Positions 39,801 through 53,600 of a stretch of DNA of 64,000 nucleotides are shown here, piece after piece. Location of the stretch: NCBI GenBank assembly GCA_951406725.2, contig OX597818.1, positions 43,586,001 to 43,650,000 on the forward strand, written 5' to 3'. Positions within the stretch are counted from its first letter, which is position 1. Each line of letters begins with the position of its first letter. The notes below the pieces were generated by a model, which had not been told where the DNA came from, did not search any database, and worked only from the letters and a program-made list of their open reading frames with translations. This DNA comes from Octopus vulgaris (Eukaryota). Position numbers and translations under genes: made by a program.

Positions 39801-41449
39801 TATTAAAGAGGAAGGCTGGTCTTTGTGATGAGGCTTCAGTCATGATATGTGTGTAGCATTGCCAAGAAAATCATCAGAGATAGTGATATCTCATATTTGT
39901 AAAAACTTTGAGGGTTGGTTTCAATTGCATATTGTCCAAGACTAGAAAATCAGAGGTACAGTACAGTTTCCTTTCTATAAGCAGTGATTCTTCCTTTATG
40001 CAGTTGAATGAAACAAGATTAATATCTCCCTTTTGGAAAATATTTTTGAGGTCTCTTTTCATGGAGGCAATGGTGGTTTGTGGTGAGATACCATGCTTGC
40101 ATGTTGATGATGTCTGTACTGAAGGTCAAGAGAAGAATGAGAGTTATTTGTAGTTAGAGCAAATAGGTCACACATAAAACTAAGTGTTAGGAATATGAAT
40201 GAGTGGTGATGCTTATTGTTGCAGCATTCAGAATTTGGGTTCAGCTTTTGTGATAATAATTTTGGTACAAGAGGAGTGTGTGGGCTAAGAAGAGGTTAAC
40301 CTTTCTGGTCTATTGCTCTTGCCTCCAACACCTTAAAAGAGGAGATAACAAAGGAGCCTTTATGTGATTGCTTCATCTGCTAGACATAACAGCTGAATCT
40401 TTTTCAAGTAAGTCCCCATTGTCTTTAAAAGGAAACATAATGGAGACCATAGTCCTAATTACTATAAAAGCAGAAAGGTAACAGCTGGATTGCATTTGGT
40501 AACAGGTGTCCTGGTCCAGGATATACCTAAGGCTAAAAAAACAACATCACTATAGTTATAAACATAGTTATTAACAATTCTTTAATTTAATACTTTGAGT
40601 CTTTCTCCCTCATCAATTATCACTTGTACAGCCTCTTAGAGTTAGATCTACTGGTGATCTACTCAACTATGTCACTCACTTTGTTCTACAGAAATTCAGT
40701 AAAAATAATCTTGTCTACTCTAGGCACAAGGCCTGAAATGTTGGGGGAGGGGGGCAGTTGATTAGATCGACTCCAGTAGGCAACAGCTGCTAAATTTATT
40801 GACCCCTAAAGAATGAAAGGCAAAGTCGACCTCGACGGAATTTGAACTCAGAACGTAAAGACAGACAAAATACCGCTAAGCATGCTAACGTTTCTGCCAA
40901 GCTATTATCTGCCTCCGTCCCCTGTCTTTTACTGTAGCAAGTGTATTTATGTATTTTTCAAGTCATTGTTTCAAATTATCTCAATCCCTTAGTGTTAATT
41001 CTTTGAAATCCTATACTCTCTCCAGTCTTTGTAAGATGATGTTATTGTTAATTCCTGCTTCACTGATGAGGTCTAATAATATTAAAACATGTTCAGAGTT
41101 GTCATAGTACTAGCTCACTCTTCATTGCATTCAATATTCAATTAATTTTAATTTATCAAATTTCCAGGGTTGTCTCCCGGTCCTTTTATTTTCATTAGTC
41201 ATTTGTTTTATTGTAATTATTTTCTTTACTCGTCGCTAAGGACAATGAAGAAAATAATTTTACTTATTTAATTACTATTTCTTGATTTACGACATTTTAC
41301 CCAGTTAGCGCCCATTTTACCTCTCGTAATTTGATATCACTCCAGTAGATTTTCAATAAATATATTTACACTGAGTAAAGGGTTCAATGAAATAACCTCA
41401 GCTTTTATTATCCAGCAATAAATGGTAATAAAATTAAAATTAATTATAG

Positions 41450-41616
41450 AATCAAATGCTGGAGACATTTATTCAATAGATACGAAACTACATGGTGGTG
41501 GCTATACCTTGCCACTGCTAAGAAAAGTGTACGTACAGCTTCGAGCTACAGTTACAGAGAACATTCATAGCAGCTGAACTTTTTATTCGGTATATTATCC
41601 CAGAAAACAAAGTGAA
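41450..41616 (+). promoter_or_regulatory. 5' UTR/core promoter of nucleolin copy B
   Basis: Aligns with the reverse complement of 36684-36850; homology fades beyond this. Confidence 0.55.
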
Positions 41617-44600
41617 ATGGCTGCTAGAAAGAATAAGGTATGTTACGATAGTTTCCTGTTTTATTTAGAGGCTAAAATATTTTGAATTACATAAAATTTA
41701 TTTGTAAACGGGTTTATATTTACAACATTAATCTTGAAGGAAATGGGAGTGTAAAATATTTCTAAATCTCCCACAAATCTCCCCGAATTACAAATAACTA
41801 TTAAGATCTCGTATAACTACATTATTTAGGAAATTAGCAATATATATAAATATATATATAGATAAATATTTATATGTATTTATATATATGCATCTTAGGA
41901 CAAAATACACGGATTTTGCTTAAAATGGAAAATATCAAGTACTTGTTTTAACCTAAATTTTTCTCCCATCTTCATCTGATTGCTTATTTCCTAGAAATGG
42001 GGAAAAAGCAAGATATATGCATTTGTCTATATCATTTTTATGTATATTATTATATACATATGCAACCTTAATTTTAAACAACTTGGTTTAGTTTGTAAAT
42101 AAAAGAGGCCATTGTTTGTAGAAGCTGTGAAAAATCAACGGTGGCACTTGATCCACGAGTTTGAACTGACAAAGACGACTACATACACATTCTTAATATA
42201 GGTCAACTGAAATTAGCAGAACGTAATACGGCGATAGATTTAAGAAGTTAGGACTTCTTTGTGTATTTATTATATTACTACATAAAATGCATTCCTGAGT
42301 ACATATGGTTGTGAAATTCTGATATTTTATTTTCTCTAGTTACCCTTTTAGAAACAATAACATTTAAAAACCTTTTATCGTTGCGATTTGCGGAAGACTT
42401 TTATTATATCATTATTTAGGTCCTGTTCGGAATTTAGAGGATCTAATTTGTAATAATGATTAAATCATTACATTTTACTGATTAAACAAACAAGATCTCG
42501 ATTCGGTAAATTTTCGCAATTATGGTGTCGCTTTGGTACGTGCGTCTTTTCACCCATGCGGTGAATTTGCCTGTCGTGGTTCCTCGTGTGTCGGTCAGTA
42601 ATGCCATTGGCTCGAGAGCTACTGAAAATAAGCCATTGGCTGCGATATCGTTTTGATTTGGCCGTGTTTCGGTAAATGGTTACTGTGCAAACATCAAGTG
42701 GTTATCGACTATCACATGATTCTGGATGCTGCAATGGATTTCCTGGTTTGTGTGCAAGCTGGTGTCAACCTGGTCTTACAACAACACCCACTAACCGGTA
42801 TTGTGAGTCTACGGTGAAGGCTAAGCTGCGCCATGAAAAGGGGTATGAGGTAAACATGATGCACTTTTTCAGTTATATACTGTTAAATTCTATGTTGTCT
42901 GTCATTGCACGTTGCTCGGTTATCTTAATTGCTTTGTCATGAATGAGAAATGATTTCTTGTCATGGTCAGAATTATTCTCACGAGAGTTCGTTCTGTCGG
43001 CACAAACTATTTATTGTACAACACACCATTGTATCAAAAAGTTTACGCAATTGTGTTATACATCTTGTAGAATAGCCTGTTTATATATATCAATTTTTAT
43101 CTATTTATTTCTATTTGTTAACTTTTGATGTAATATTAAAATGCGGGCCCCAAATATGAAGATACGTCTGTTTGGGTAGCTTATGAGTTGTGTTTACTTC
43201 TGGTTTTCTTGTCTCTAACCACTTCAGATAAGTGAGCAAGAAATCGGAATACGATGTCTATCAACCATGACATTTGCAATTAAAATAACAAGAAACGTAA
43301 CGAAGATAAGATTTTCAAAACGTGAAGTTTAACTGAAAATTTTGAGCAATCAATGTTGCATATTTTCTTTTCATAAACCCTTTTCTCGAACTGTGATATC
43401 ATTTCTAGCACAAAGAATCTGTTAACCATTGTGTTAAAATAAATAAATATATCGTTTGTCATTGTAAAATGTTTGGTTGATCCTTAAAATAGTTCACGAA
43501 ATTCAGGCATCTAACTGAATTTTTAAGCAGTTATTCTCTGCTTATGAACTATTATATCTGTCTCGTTCATTAATAATTCATAATTAACGACAAAGAAATA
43601 TTTTTCATGTTTTTTTAATTTTTTTTATTTGATATTGCCTATGGTCACTTCGTATTTAGTGAATTTTATTTTCTAATGCGGATGAGTTTCATGACTATCA
43701 TAAGGTCCAACCGATCTTGATCAGTGTGTAGATAGTAGTATTAGTGATGTTTTATTAAAATAATTTCTCTGCATTTTTTTATATTTTGGGGAGATATGTG
43801 GAGGAAGGGCGGTGAACATAAGATTGAAATGCTTCCAGCGTACTCTGTTAAGAAATGAACTTTTCATTAAATATGTTTTAAAAAAAGTATTGCCATGGAA
43901 AACATGATTTTATGACGTTCTTCGCCAATCATTTAGAAGCAAGATTCAAGAGCAGAACGTGTTAAATGCTTTCGTGGTAGGAAATCGACCAACACTAGAG
44001 AGTATTTGATAAATAAATTCAATACTAATCGGTCCCTTAAACACGAGTTCTCTAATAGTGAGACCAGAACCTCTTGGCGGTAATGAATTCAGATCTAGTA
44101 TAAAAGAAAACATAGAATCGCTGGATAAAGTAATGCTGGGATGCGAAATAGGTTTAGACGGCTACTGCAGTTCAGAAGTATCACAGGCTTTTGTGAAGCA
44201 TTCAGTTGGGGTACAATAATTTTATACAAAATATACTTATTTTGTTTGCTTATATTTTCCCGATGATGTACTTGAGTTTGAATATTTGTTTCAATTACTG
44301 AATTTTATAATTTGAAATAGAATCCAAAAAAGTCAGCTGAAGCTGAAGAATCTAATGAAGAGTCTTTTTCAGAACCAGAAGAAATGGATGCTGTAAGTTC
44401 ATATATTCTATTTTTATTTTCTTATTTCAAAGTTAATAAATATTAATATGCTTATCATAATTTATTTTATGCCGCCCTTTCCATGCTGTCATGGTTTGGA
44501 CATATCATCATTGTCTCGGAATCACTACATTCCTAAACGTGTTGCAAGATATTATCTTGCTCGTACATTTCATTTTTTTTTTTTGCATGGTTCCTCTGGC

Positions 44601-47600
44601 AGGGTGCCTTACCCAACACCAACTATTTTAGGTGTACTGGGTGCATTTTATCATGGGACCAGCATCAAAGTGGTACGACTAAAATCCTCTCTACTCTGTG
44701 TTGTCTTTGTTATTCGATCACTTTATAGTGTTTATAAAGTGCATTTTATTGTAGTACCAGCATTAGAAAAGTTGCCTTATCCCTTGCAAAACTAAAGAGT
44801 TCTGTCTATGTAGTCTCTGTTCTTTCAAGACAGACATAACCAAGAGTGTGATTAGAAGCGTTCGTCAAGAGGGTGAAAGAGGAGAGAAAGATAGTATGAT
44901 TGTGATGGAGTGAAACAGTGATAGAATGGTTGGGGAAGGAGTGATGGAAGAGAGACATTGATGACTATTTGTTGTTATTGATAAAGAGATTGAATAGAGA
45001 ACAACATGATTAGTGTTATGGATAAGTAATAAAACTGGGTAAGAGAGAGTGACTAAAGGGCAACATTAGAGATGGATGAGGTGAGATTGGTAAAAGTTAA
45101 TGAAGAGTTACATGTGTGGAGAATGGTGGTTAATAGTTGAGGGTGAAGATTCCATGCATGTTAAGACAAGCATCATGATGGAAGAGAAGTGGCGTGGTAG
45201 CTGTATGGTGGTGAGTGGATTGAATGCAAACAAATCAGATAACATCTCTGGTTATATAGGCAGCATAGTGAAGTGAATAGGATAGATGAGAGGCTAATGA
45301 ATATGGTAGCAAATGGAGGTTTGGTAGGAATATAATAGGCAAAAGATCCAATGATATATATTCCAGCCACTATTACCATCACCATTATTTTAACAACTAT
45401 TTTGCCATGCCTGCATAGTGGCCAGGTCTTCTGAGCACTATGTGTTCCCATCTATCACTGTTCTTTGTCATCTTCTTCTTTAAGTTTAACTTCTTGAGGT
45501 CAGTCTTCACCACTTCATCACTAAGTCTGACCTTTTTCGTATACATTACATACCCACACCAGTACAATCTTCTTTCTTGCACACTTATCTAATAAAGCAG
45601 GTTCGTTTGATTTATTTCCAGATACCATAGATGCTCTGCATTTAAGGCCTGTGTTTCACTACACAATCACCATACATTCTGCTCTTTGTTTTGCAATAAT
45701 AACTTCCTGAACTTTCTATACTTCCCTTCTTACTCTAGTCACTTATGCTTTCAATACACCACCTCAACTACATCTTTGAGACTTCTCAGCATTTGAAAAA
45801 TATGTATTTCATGGGTATTATTACTAACTAACCTTACACATCTGCTACAAATGAAGTCTACCTTCTCTATCAGTCTGTCTATGGTCTTACAGCACCTCAT
45901 GTTTACATCAGGTATACTGAATGGAATTCCTACGTAATAAAGTTTTAGTCTTTACCATGTTTATTTTGAGAAATCTCAATTCTAGATTTTGTTTCCAGGT
46001 CTGAAATTTCTTCTATAGATTCAAATATAAGAAGTAGATCATCAATATACAGTAGTATGTCTCAAAGACAGCCAGTTTTAAAGTCCTCTGTTTACAACCT
46101 GGAAGACTATAATAGATGCCTTTGTATATGGATTGTATGGCCCTTACAAACCATTTGTCTTTCTCTTATTGACCACCAGATCACAGAACTTAGAACCTTG
46201 TCAGAAGCTTTCTCCAGGTTGCCAAATGCCAAGCAAAAGGGTTCACTCCTATCTAAGTTCTTTTACAGTTATTTCACTAGAGAGATAGTACAAATTGTAG
46301 CACAAAATTGAATGCATCTCATCTAGGTTAATTTTCTTTATAATTAATTCATTCTGCAATTTCCATGATCTGCCTTTATATCCTTAATTTCACTTACAAC
46401 TACAAAATGTTCAGAACGGCATTGTTTTTATCAGAAAAGTAGGTATAAGTTTTTATCAAAGTTGTTTTAGTTTCTATAATTTTCACATACAATAAATACG
46501 ATATTGTCATTGTCTGAGATTTTGGTGTAATTTGAGAGGATAATACAAAAGTTATGGATGATTTAGTGATTTACTGCAAAACCCATGGCGGCCAAAATGA
46601 TCAGAACGGTTGCTTTTACTCCGTGTTTTAACTGGTGAACTCCAATGTTTTGAATTTGTTTACCTGACAGTTCGTTTACTAAACATTAGTAAGAATATCT
46701 GCAGTGTACTTTGTTATCAGCAGATTATTAAGCTTCGAAAGAAGGATAATTTAAGTATTGGGTCTATTACAAAGGTTGTTAACAAGTCAAAAAGTGTTGT
46801 TCACGGTATTCTTAAGGTCTATGATGATTGTGGTTCGTGTGAAGCAAGAAAGTCTACAGGTAGGCCAAGAAAAACGACCAAGAGAGAAGATCGTGCTATG
46901 GTAAAGTTGGTTAAAAAGGACAGATTTAAAACTGCTGCTGCTGTTTCTCGGGAAATGAGCATTGTACTGAAGAAAACTTTATTTCGAAAAACTGTGTCTC
47001 GTCGTTTAGTTGAAGAGCACCTGCAGTGAAGCCACTGATCAGCTCCAAGAATAAAAAGTGTCGTCTTACCCTTGCAACCGAACGTGTGTTGTGGTCTCAA
47101 GAAAAATGGCAAACGGTGCATTTCAGTGATGAATCTAAGTTTGTTATTTGGCTCAGATGGGGGAAAACTATGTTCGTCGAAAAGTAGGTGAAAAATTGTC
47201 GCCTAAATGCCTTAAGACTAGGGTTTAATTCAGTGGAGGAAGTGTCATGGTTTGGGGGATGATATCTGGAGATGGTGTGGGCCCTTTGGTGTGATTACAT
47301 GGAAAGGTAAATGCAGGAGTTTATAAACAACTTGTAAAAGATCATGTCTTGCCTGTGCTGAGAAATTCAACTAAGCGACCACCCATATTCATGCAGGGCA
47401 ATGCCCCATGTCACAAGGCTAAGGTGGTCATGAACTTTCTCAAGGCTGAAAAGATTATTGTTATGGATTGGCCTGCTCAAAGCCCAGATCTCAATCCTAT
47501 TGAAAATGTGTGGAATATTCTAGGAGAACATTCGAAAGCCAGAAATCCTAAAACAACCAAGCAATTATGGAATGCCCTTCGGGAAGAATGGAATAAGATC

Positions 47601-50600
47601 ACCCAGCAAGAAATTGAAAATTTAATTTCCTCATGCAGTCGAAGTTGTCAAAGTGTGATTGAAGCTAAAGGGCTTCACACTAAATATTAAATAATTCCAG
47701 TATTCTCTGTCATTTTTGATTATTTTATTATTTTTTCAACCATTCTGATCATTTTGGCTGCCATGGGTTTTGCAGTAAATCACTAAATCATCCATAACTT
47801 TTGTATTATCCTCTCAAATTACACCAAAATCTCAGACAATAATAATTAATATCGTATTTATTGTCTGTGAAAATTATAGAATATAAAACAACTTTGATAA
47901 AAACTTATACCTACTTTTCTGACAAAAACAATGCCGTTCTGAACATTTTGGCCGCAACTGTATATAATGCTGTCAACTTTGCAGGGTTTACATGGAATAC
48001 ACCCTCTCTTTCCTGTACATTCTCTGCATTAAACAGTCTCTTACAATTGTACTTTTTTGCCTCTTTCCATTTCATTTAGAGTAAGTGTACCATTATCATT
48101 TTGTATACGTTTCTCAATGACATCTTGATTTTCTCTCATATACTACCTTCTAATCTGAAAGACTTCACATTCCCGAACCTCTGTAAACCTCTTCATTTCA
48201 GCTCTGAATATCTGATGTTTAGCTTCTCTTCCGGTTGCTTGGTATTGCTCTTTGTTGTCTCTTTCCTGCAATTTTTCCAGATCTGTTTCTTAGTTTCAAG
48301 TATCTACAGTATTCCATATTCCACCAGTATATCACCTATCTAGCTATAAGCTTACACCAGCCAAAGATCTAGTTTGTATCCCTCAGCATTTTGTGTCATA
48401 GGTACTCTATTATCCCCTATTGTAGGTAGGTGTCCAGCACTTCTCTGAACCTATGACTGGTCATTGGCTCTTTAAGTGTCTACATCTTCAAGTTGGCTTA
48501 TGCTATGAGTTTTCCTAGCTCTTACTCCGAGTACTTGTCTATGTTAGGTATTACATTTTTCACAACAACCTGTCCCACTTCCAGGGAGGCATGAAATCAA
48601 TTTAGTTTATGTATTCACCTGATTGGTCCTCTTCATGATGTTGGTGTTAGCAAATTGTTAGGTCATCAGTGTCACAGAATTCCAAGGCCTTGATTCTTTC
48701 TTATTACTTCAACAATAACCATAGCCACAAAAGACATGTATTAGCCAACATATTCATTAACATCACCAGCTTTTATAAGCAGGTTAGTCATTCACTATTG
48801 AGGTATTCTATAAGAGAGTCTCAGAACCGGCCATTTTGTTCATCTATTAACTGATTGTAGGGTATATACAGAGATAACTGTCTCTCATATTGTCCAAGAC
48901 AAAACTTAACTTAATTATTCTATTACATATTCTGTGGCTCAGTTATTTTATCAATACATTTCTCTGCCAACAACATGCCTTTTCCACCCACATCATTGCT
49001 GCTACTAACCCAGGGGAATTTGTACCTGTGTTCCTTGCTTCTAAGGAAGCAGGCTGAGACCCCATTCCTTCTTAGATCATATTTACAACACTTTAGCATC
49101 TCTATACTCTCTCTAGATTTAACTATTAAATCAAACCAAATCAAAATAGATGAACATCAATGGAATTTGTATCCTTGTGGTACCAGTGCCGGTGGCACAT
49201 AAGATAACAATCCGAACGTGGCCGTAGCCAGTACCGCGTCGACTGGCCTCCGTGCTGTGGGCACGTAACAAACACCATCCGATCATGGCCGTTCGCCAGC
49301 CTCGTCTGGCACCTGTGTCGGTGGCACATAAAAAAACACCATCCGAGCGTGGCCGTCTGCCAGCCTCGTCTGGCACCTGTGTCGGTGGCACATAAAATCA
49401 CCCACTATACTCTCGGAGTGGTTGGTGTTAGGAAGGGCATCCAGCTGTAGAAACACTGCCAGATCTGACTGGCCTGGTACAGCCTTTGGGCTTGCCAGAC
49501 CCCAGTTGAACCGTCCAACCCATGCTAGCATGGAAAGCGGACGTTAAACGATGATGATGATGATGTAGTAGCTCTAAATTTTTTAACCTAGCAGGAAGAG
49601 TATGAGTGGCTTGATGTTAATTTTCTACAAAAGTTGGTGCAATTGCTTGCAACCTGTCGACAGACTCATTGTGCCAGATGTTTCTGTTGATTTTTAAAAA
49701 ATGATTTCTTAATATGAATTTTTATTGTTTTATATATAATTTTTTTGATTTCTTTCTTTTTTTTTAGGAAGTTGCAGAAGCTACAAATGCTAATGTGGTA
49801 AAACAAAATAACGATTCACCTGGTAAGATTTGGTTAACACTTTTGTTACCATATTTCTGTTGAGATGCTCTGTGTTTCTTTCAATTACTTTAACCCTTTT
49901 GTTATTGTATTTATTTTAAGATGCTCTGTGTTTCTTTCAATTATTTAAAATATAACAAAGAATTTAGTAAAATAACCTAGTTATCATTAAGCTAGTGTTA
50001 GGAATATAAATTGCGACTAAGGTTTGGTGGTATATTTTGATGCAAAACTTATGAAAACAAGACATTTGTACTACAGAGCCAGTTTTGGCCGGGTTGGTAA
50101 CGAAAGGGTTAAATATAACAAAGAATTTAGTAAAATAACTTAGTTATCATTAAGCTAGTGTTAAAGGTTTGGTGGAAGATTTTAATTCAAAACTTATGAA
50201 AACAATACATTTGTACTACAGAGCCGGAGGCTGTTTCAGGCAGGTTGGTAATGAAAAGGTTAAGATATTTGTATTTCAATCACTCATTCATAAAGGTTTG
50301 GTGGAAGATTTTAATTCAAAACTTATGAAAACAAGACATTTGTACTACAGAGCCAGAGCCGGTTTTGGCTGGGTTGGTAACGAAAGGGTTAAATATAACA
50401 AAGAATTTAGTAGGATAGGAAACAGTTACTGAAAGATATTGTGTTATTTATTTGTATTTATTTTCCAAGAACACTCTACGTGGCTTTTTTTTTTAGGGCT
50501 TCAGAGGCTGGTCAGGAAAAGTTATCCATTCATAATTTTGCAATATGTCCTGGCTTAATGACCTGCTGGTGTTAAACCAGGTCACACAAGTTTCAGTTTG

Positions 50601-53600
50601 TCCAGTTTCTCTAATACAGCTTCTCTCTACCCAAGACTACGGTAGATGACACTTAAGTGACTCACAGTGAGATGAAGCTAAGCAAGTGAAAATTGAATCG
50701 CTTGATAATATAGTCATACCTGCTAATTGAATTTCCCACACATTTAGATATTTTTTCGTAATTTGGATTTGTTCAATTCAATTTTTATTGGCTCAAAAAG
50801 CAAAAGCAAGGCCATGTAGGGGGACAGGAAGTTATGTACAGGGAGGGTGGTCATACAAAGAGCAAGGCCATGTAGGGGACATGGAGTTATGTACAGGGTG
50901 GTGTTCATGTAAAGAGTTCAGGCCACTTGTGGTCAAGGGAGACTTTGAACCGAGCAGTCGTCGGCATCTTCACTATCTCATCCGGCAGCTTATTCCGCGG
51001 ATCTGCAACCCGGACGGAGAAAGCCCCTCTCCTTCGATTGAGATGAAATTGTTGTAGATAGAGCTTTTAGGAGTGACCCCGCAGCCCACACTCTAGAGCA
51101 GGTGTGAAGAACAGCTCTTTCAAGAGGTTACACTTCCCGCTTATGATGTTGTGAGCGAGAATGAGATCATCACAGCGGCGGCGTTTTTCAAGAGAATAAA
51201 GGTCGGGTGTCTTCAGCCTTTCTTCATAAGACAAATGCTTGAGACCAAGAACCATGCGAGTAGCCAGCTTCTGGACTCTTTCAAGATGATGTATGTCTTT
51301 GAGGAAATAAGGAGTAGAGGCTTGAATCCCGTACTCTAATATGGGTCTCACCAGCGTGACATAGAGTGGTAGGAATATGGCTGTTGTAAATCATATCAAT
51401 GTGTTTTGATATGTGAAATACAATGCATTACTTTGTAGACTGTTGTAGTTTAAAAGTGATACCAGTATTGTAAGACAGTGGATTTTTTGCCTTGAATACA
51501 TTATACTGATTCAGTCTTCAATGTTGTCTGTCTTTGTTTTGTATGCAGCAAAAGGAGATGAAGAATCTGGCGACAGTGAGGCAGATGGGAAGAGAAGTGT
51601 TGAAGATGAGGAGAGTGAGAGCAATGAAGGTGAGGAGGCAGAGGAAGAGGAGGAGGAGGAGGAGGAAGCAGCAGTAAAAAATACTACACCGGCTGCTGAG
51701 TCAGGTCATTCTGATGAAGAGAATTCTAACGAGGAAAATTCTAATGAAGGTATATGATGGTCTTTTATTCTGATTGCTGATAAAATAAACTATATCTTGG
51801 TAGATAGTATCACTGAGAAATATCCCTCTTTTCTAATATTTAACTAAAACTCATCTTCTGCTTTAGAACCAGATGATTCCCCTAATTCAAAAGCTAATGG
51901 AAAATCTAATGGTAAGTTATTTCTGTTAGCTTGTTTTCTCTATTCAGTAGTTTCTCTCAGTTTGATCACTTTTTATTTGCTAATTCAATCGGTGTTGCAT
52001 ATTCAAAATGTTTGCTACATGTTTACATAATGCTGTTTAATATGCTGACTATAAATAAATTTGTACAGTTTGTACATAAAGTTAAATTTGAATATACTTT
52101 AATTTCTCTGTTTATGAATGTTTGATAGTATTTCATAATTATGACGCACATGGTTTTGTTTCCATTGTTAAATAGTTTGAAATAGAATCTTTCTTTTTTA
52201 ACTACACCAGGTGAGAGAGAAGCCAAGAAGCGTAAGAAGGAAGTTGATGATGGTAAGATGCTTTGAAATTTGAAAGATTAGTGTGTGTGTATGATGAAGT
52301 CTACTTAGAGAAAATTTTGTATTGTTGACTTCTAAATACTGTATTTTAATAAAAAAAAGATTTCATACCCAACATTGTTTGTGGAGTTACTGCTGGCATC
52401 TTTTTTGGTTGTTATGAAAGTAGGCTGAGGCTGTATCAACTAAGAAATAAAATAATTTCAGTTTTAACTCTTACATCAACAATGACGTGTTGAGGTTTTG
52501 AATCAATAATTATTCTAGTAATCATATTCCCTGGAATATGATGGTGGAACTTTATATGTGTAGCTAAGCCATGTAAAGAGCACTGGTGCTGGTGCCATCT
52601 TAAAAGCACCGAGTGCACTCTGTAAGGTGTTTTACATTAGGAAAGGCATCCAGCTATAGAGACCGAGCCAAAAACAGATTATGGAATCTGGTGCAGCCCT
52701 TGGCATTGCCAGCTCTTGTCAAGTCATCCAACCCATGCCAGCATGGAAAATGGACATTAAATGAAGATGTTGAAATATAGCAGTGCTCACTTCAGCAGTT
52801 TGTGCCAATAATAATATATGAATAATTAAAAATAAAAACAAAAATAGTTAAATTGTCAGGTATGTCAGTGGTTGATTGCAATTTCAAATTAATAATAAAT
52901 TATGTTTAGCATTCAACAATAAAATAATACAAAATTTTATTATGTAATTTGAAATAACAATAATGATGACTGTTTATGATGGCAAGTATCACATCCTTGT
53001 TCAGGGATTGTAGTAATGACAGTGGCTCATAATCAGGATGATGGTGATGATGGTTGTAAATCAAATTCATCCAATACTTGACAATCCTGTAAACTAAATC
53101 TGATTCTCGTACTCTTTATATTGACTCTTGGATCTGAAGTTTTGGTAATCCATCAGCATTTTTGTGTGATTTTGAAACTTTATATTCATCATCATCATCA
53201 TTTAGCATCTGCTTTCCATGCTGGCATGGGTTAGACAGTTTGATTTGAACTGATAAGCTGGAACGCTGTACCATGTTCCTGTCTGACTTGGCATGGTTTC
53301 TATAGTTAGATGCCCTTCCTAATGCCTACCATTCCAAGAGTGTAATGGGTACTTTTTATGTGCCACTGGCACAGGTGTCAATTACATGACACCAGCATCA
53401 GCCATGACTATGATTTCACTTGGCTTGACTTGACTTGACAATTCTTCTCAAGCACAGCATATCGCCAGAGGTCTCGGTCACTTGTCACTGCTTCTGTGAG
53501 GGCGCACACTCTCCTACCCTGATGTAATCTCCAGGGATACAGGCATCCAGCAACCGGACCTCCGTAATGCTCTGATGGACTGTGAAGTCTGGCGTAGCAT

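Noticed and set aside
42454-42484. ATGATTA...CTGA as a box C/D snoRNA
   Set aside because: Only ~25 nt between boxes and no recognisable rRNA guide. A K-turn role cannot be excluded, but a branch-point reading is simpler.
42785-42800. CCCACTAACC as a telomerase RNA template within the conserved intron element
   Set aside because: Does not contain the required ~1.5-repeat CUAACCCU(AAC); no pseudoknot U/A tracts or 3' H/ACA domain seen.
42676-42942. ORFs shared by both intron-1 elements (…CASWCQP…TNRYCESTV…; also 35503-35691)
   Set aside because: Peptide similarity follows trivially from nucleotide identity. There are no matching ATG starts, indels upstream are frame-disrupting, and no synonymous-site bias is visible.
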